Of a DNA stretch of 64,000 nucleotides, positions 63,225 to 64,000 are shown in pieces; within the stretch, counting starts at the first letter, position 1; every line of letters starts with the position of its first letter. The position numbers were made by a program, and so were the translations under genes. The stretch is from Rhodosorus marinus CCMP1338 (lineage: Eukaryota; Plantae; Rhodophyta), in contig JAMWBK010000009.1 of assembly GCA_029953675.1 (NCBI GenBank), positions 1,178,001 through 1,242,000 on the forward strand, read 5' to 3'. A model generated the notes under the pieces. It saw only the letters and a program-made list of their open reading frames with translations, searched no databases and had not been told where the DNA came from.

Positions 63225-64000
63225 CACAACTCTCAACCAGATGAGGATTACCAAGCTGGATTTCTATCCAGATTCATGAAGAATCATCTTCAAAATTCCT
63301 ATTAGTGAAAATATTAAAGCAGACTGATTTTGCACAAGCGAAGTTTCGCTCGTCTCCTTGTTCCCGGTCCACAACGCTGAAGCCACCTCACCCAATTGCT
63401 TAACAAAAAGCGTTCAATCTCAACCAGTCAAATCAAACCTTTCCAGACGACTCTAAAATCCCGTGTTGTTTAGCATTAATCTAAATTGTACAAACAAACG
63501 AATATGTAAATCAGCAAAATAGTGGAAATCCAACTTGTCTATAAATAACAATTAGGCATGGGTTGAGAAAAATTCATAATCGAGAGCGGAAGGGTTTGAG
63601 GAGGCCTCTTGGCGAAGCTTCTCTGAACAGTCGAGTTGATGGATTGATAGCAGCTCTGAATATCCCTAGGCTGAACAAATTGCGACCCCGCTTGACTCCA
63701 GTTGTGCCTGTACAGGTTCCACGATGAATAATGTACATCGCAACGTGGAGAACGGATGGCACTGATGACAAGCTGGCACAGGAGTCTTCTGTTGTTGTAG
63801 AACCCTGGTTTCTTCAAGGTCTCCACCGCGTCACTATCCCCCTCCCATGAAGGGCTCGACAATGTCGTTTGAAGCATCAAAATCACTTGGAAACAGATTG
63901 ACAGGGGGAGGGGGGGGGGGTTCAACTCCCAATGTCTTAGCTCCGATGAAGACGCATCTCTCCAAGAGTCATCTGTTCACCGAGATCGGTACTCGTTTGT

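Noticed and set aside
63539-63925. Minus-strand ORFs at the window end, one ending SRL*
   Set aside because: Could be the last exon of a gene starting beyond the window, but the frame cannot be chosen and the SRL may be chance.

Overview
Eukaryotic nuclear DNA from a compact genome with short GT-AG introns, mostly about 80-130 nt. I infer a unicellular red alga from the plastid transit peptides (MCAFV, MMAF, MEAVGF) together with LpxB and DUF2997. About 25 protein-coding genes are recognisable: a FAAP24/ERCC1-like protein, UBE2C, plastid cyclophilin, RCL1, MscS, NOC4, phosphoglucomutase, LpxB, MTFP1, a PHT4/SLC17 transporter, a Regnase-type NYN RNase, two OCT7/SVOP-like MFS paralogues, an FBPase-like protein, RPC25, CSN7, SHQ1, a P450, ARP8, an SDR, DUF2997, QTRT1, a Nudix hydrolase and an orphan. 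Positions 28.9-43.3 kb are a diverged tandem segmental duplication of a degenerate repeat, an MFS gene and the FBPase 3' end. The strongest leads are: (1) the MTFP1 stop is 1 nt from the LpxB ATG, and an in-frame alternative splice acceptor could fuse the two; (2) an intact FBPase homologue has lost key catalytic residues; (3) a segment upstream of the two MFS paralogues is inverted between copies; (4) a near-perfect 76-nt palindrome; (5) a FAAP24-like gene outside animals. Exon boundaries were inferred by eye and family calls come from motif recognition; no database searches were run. No tRNA, rRNA or CRISPR array was found.
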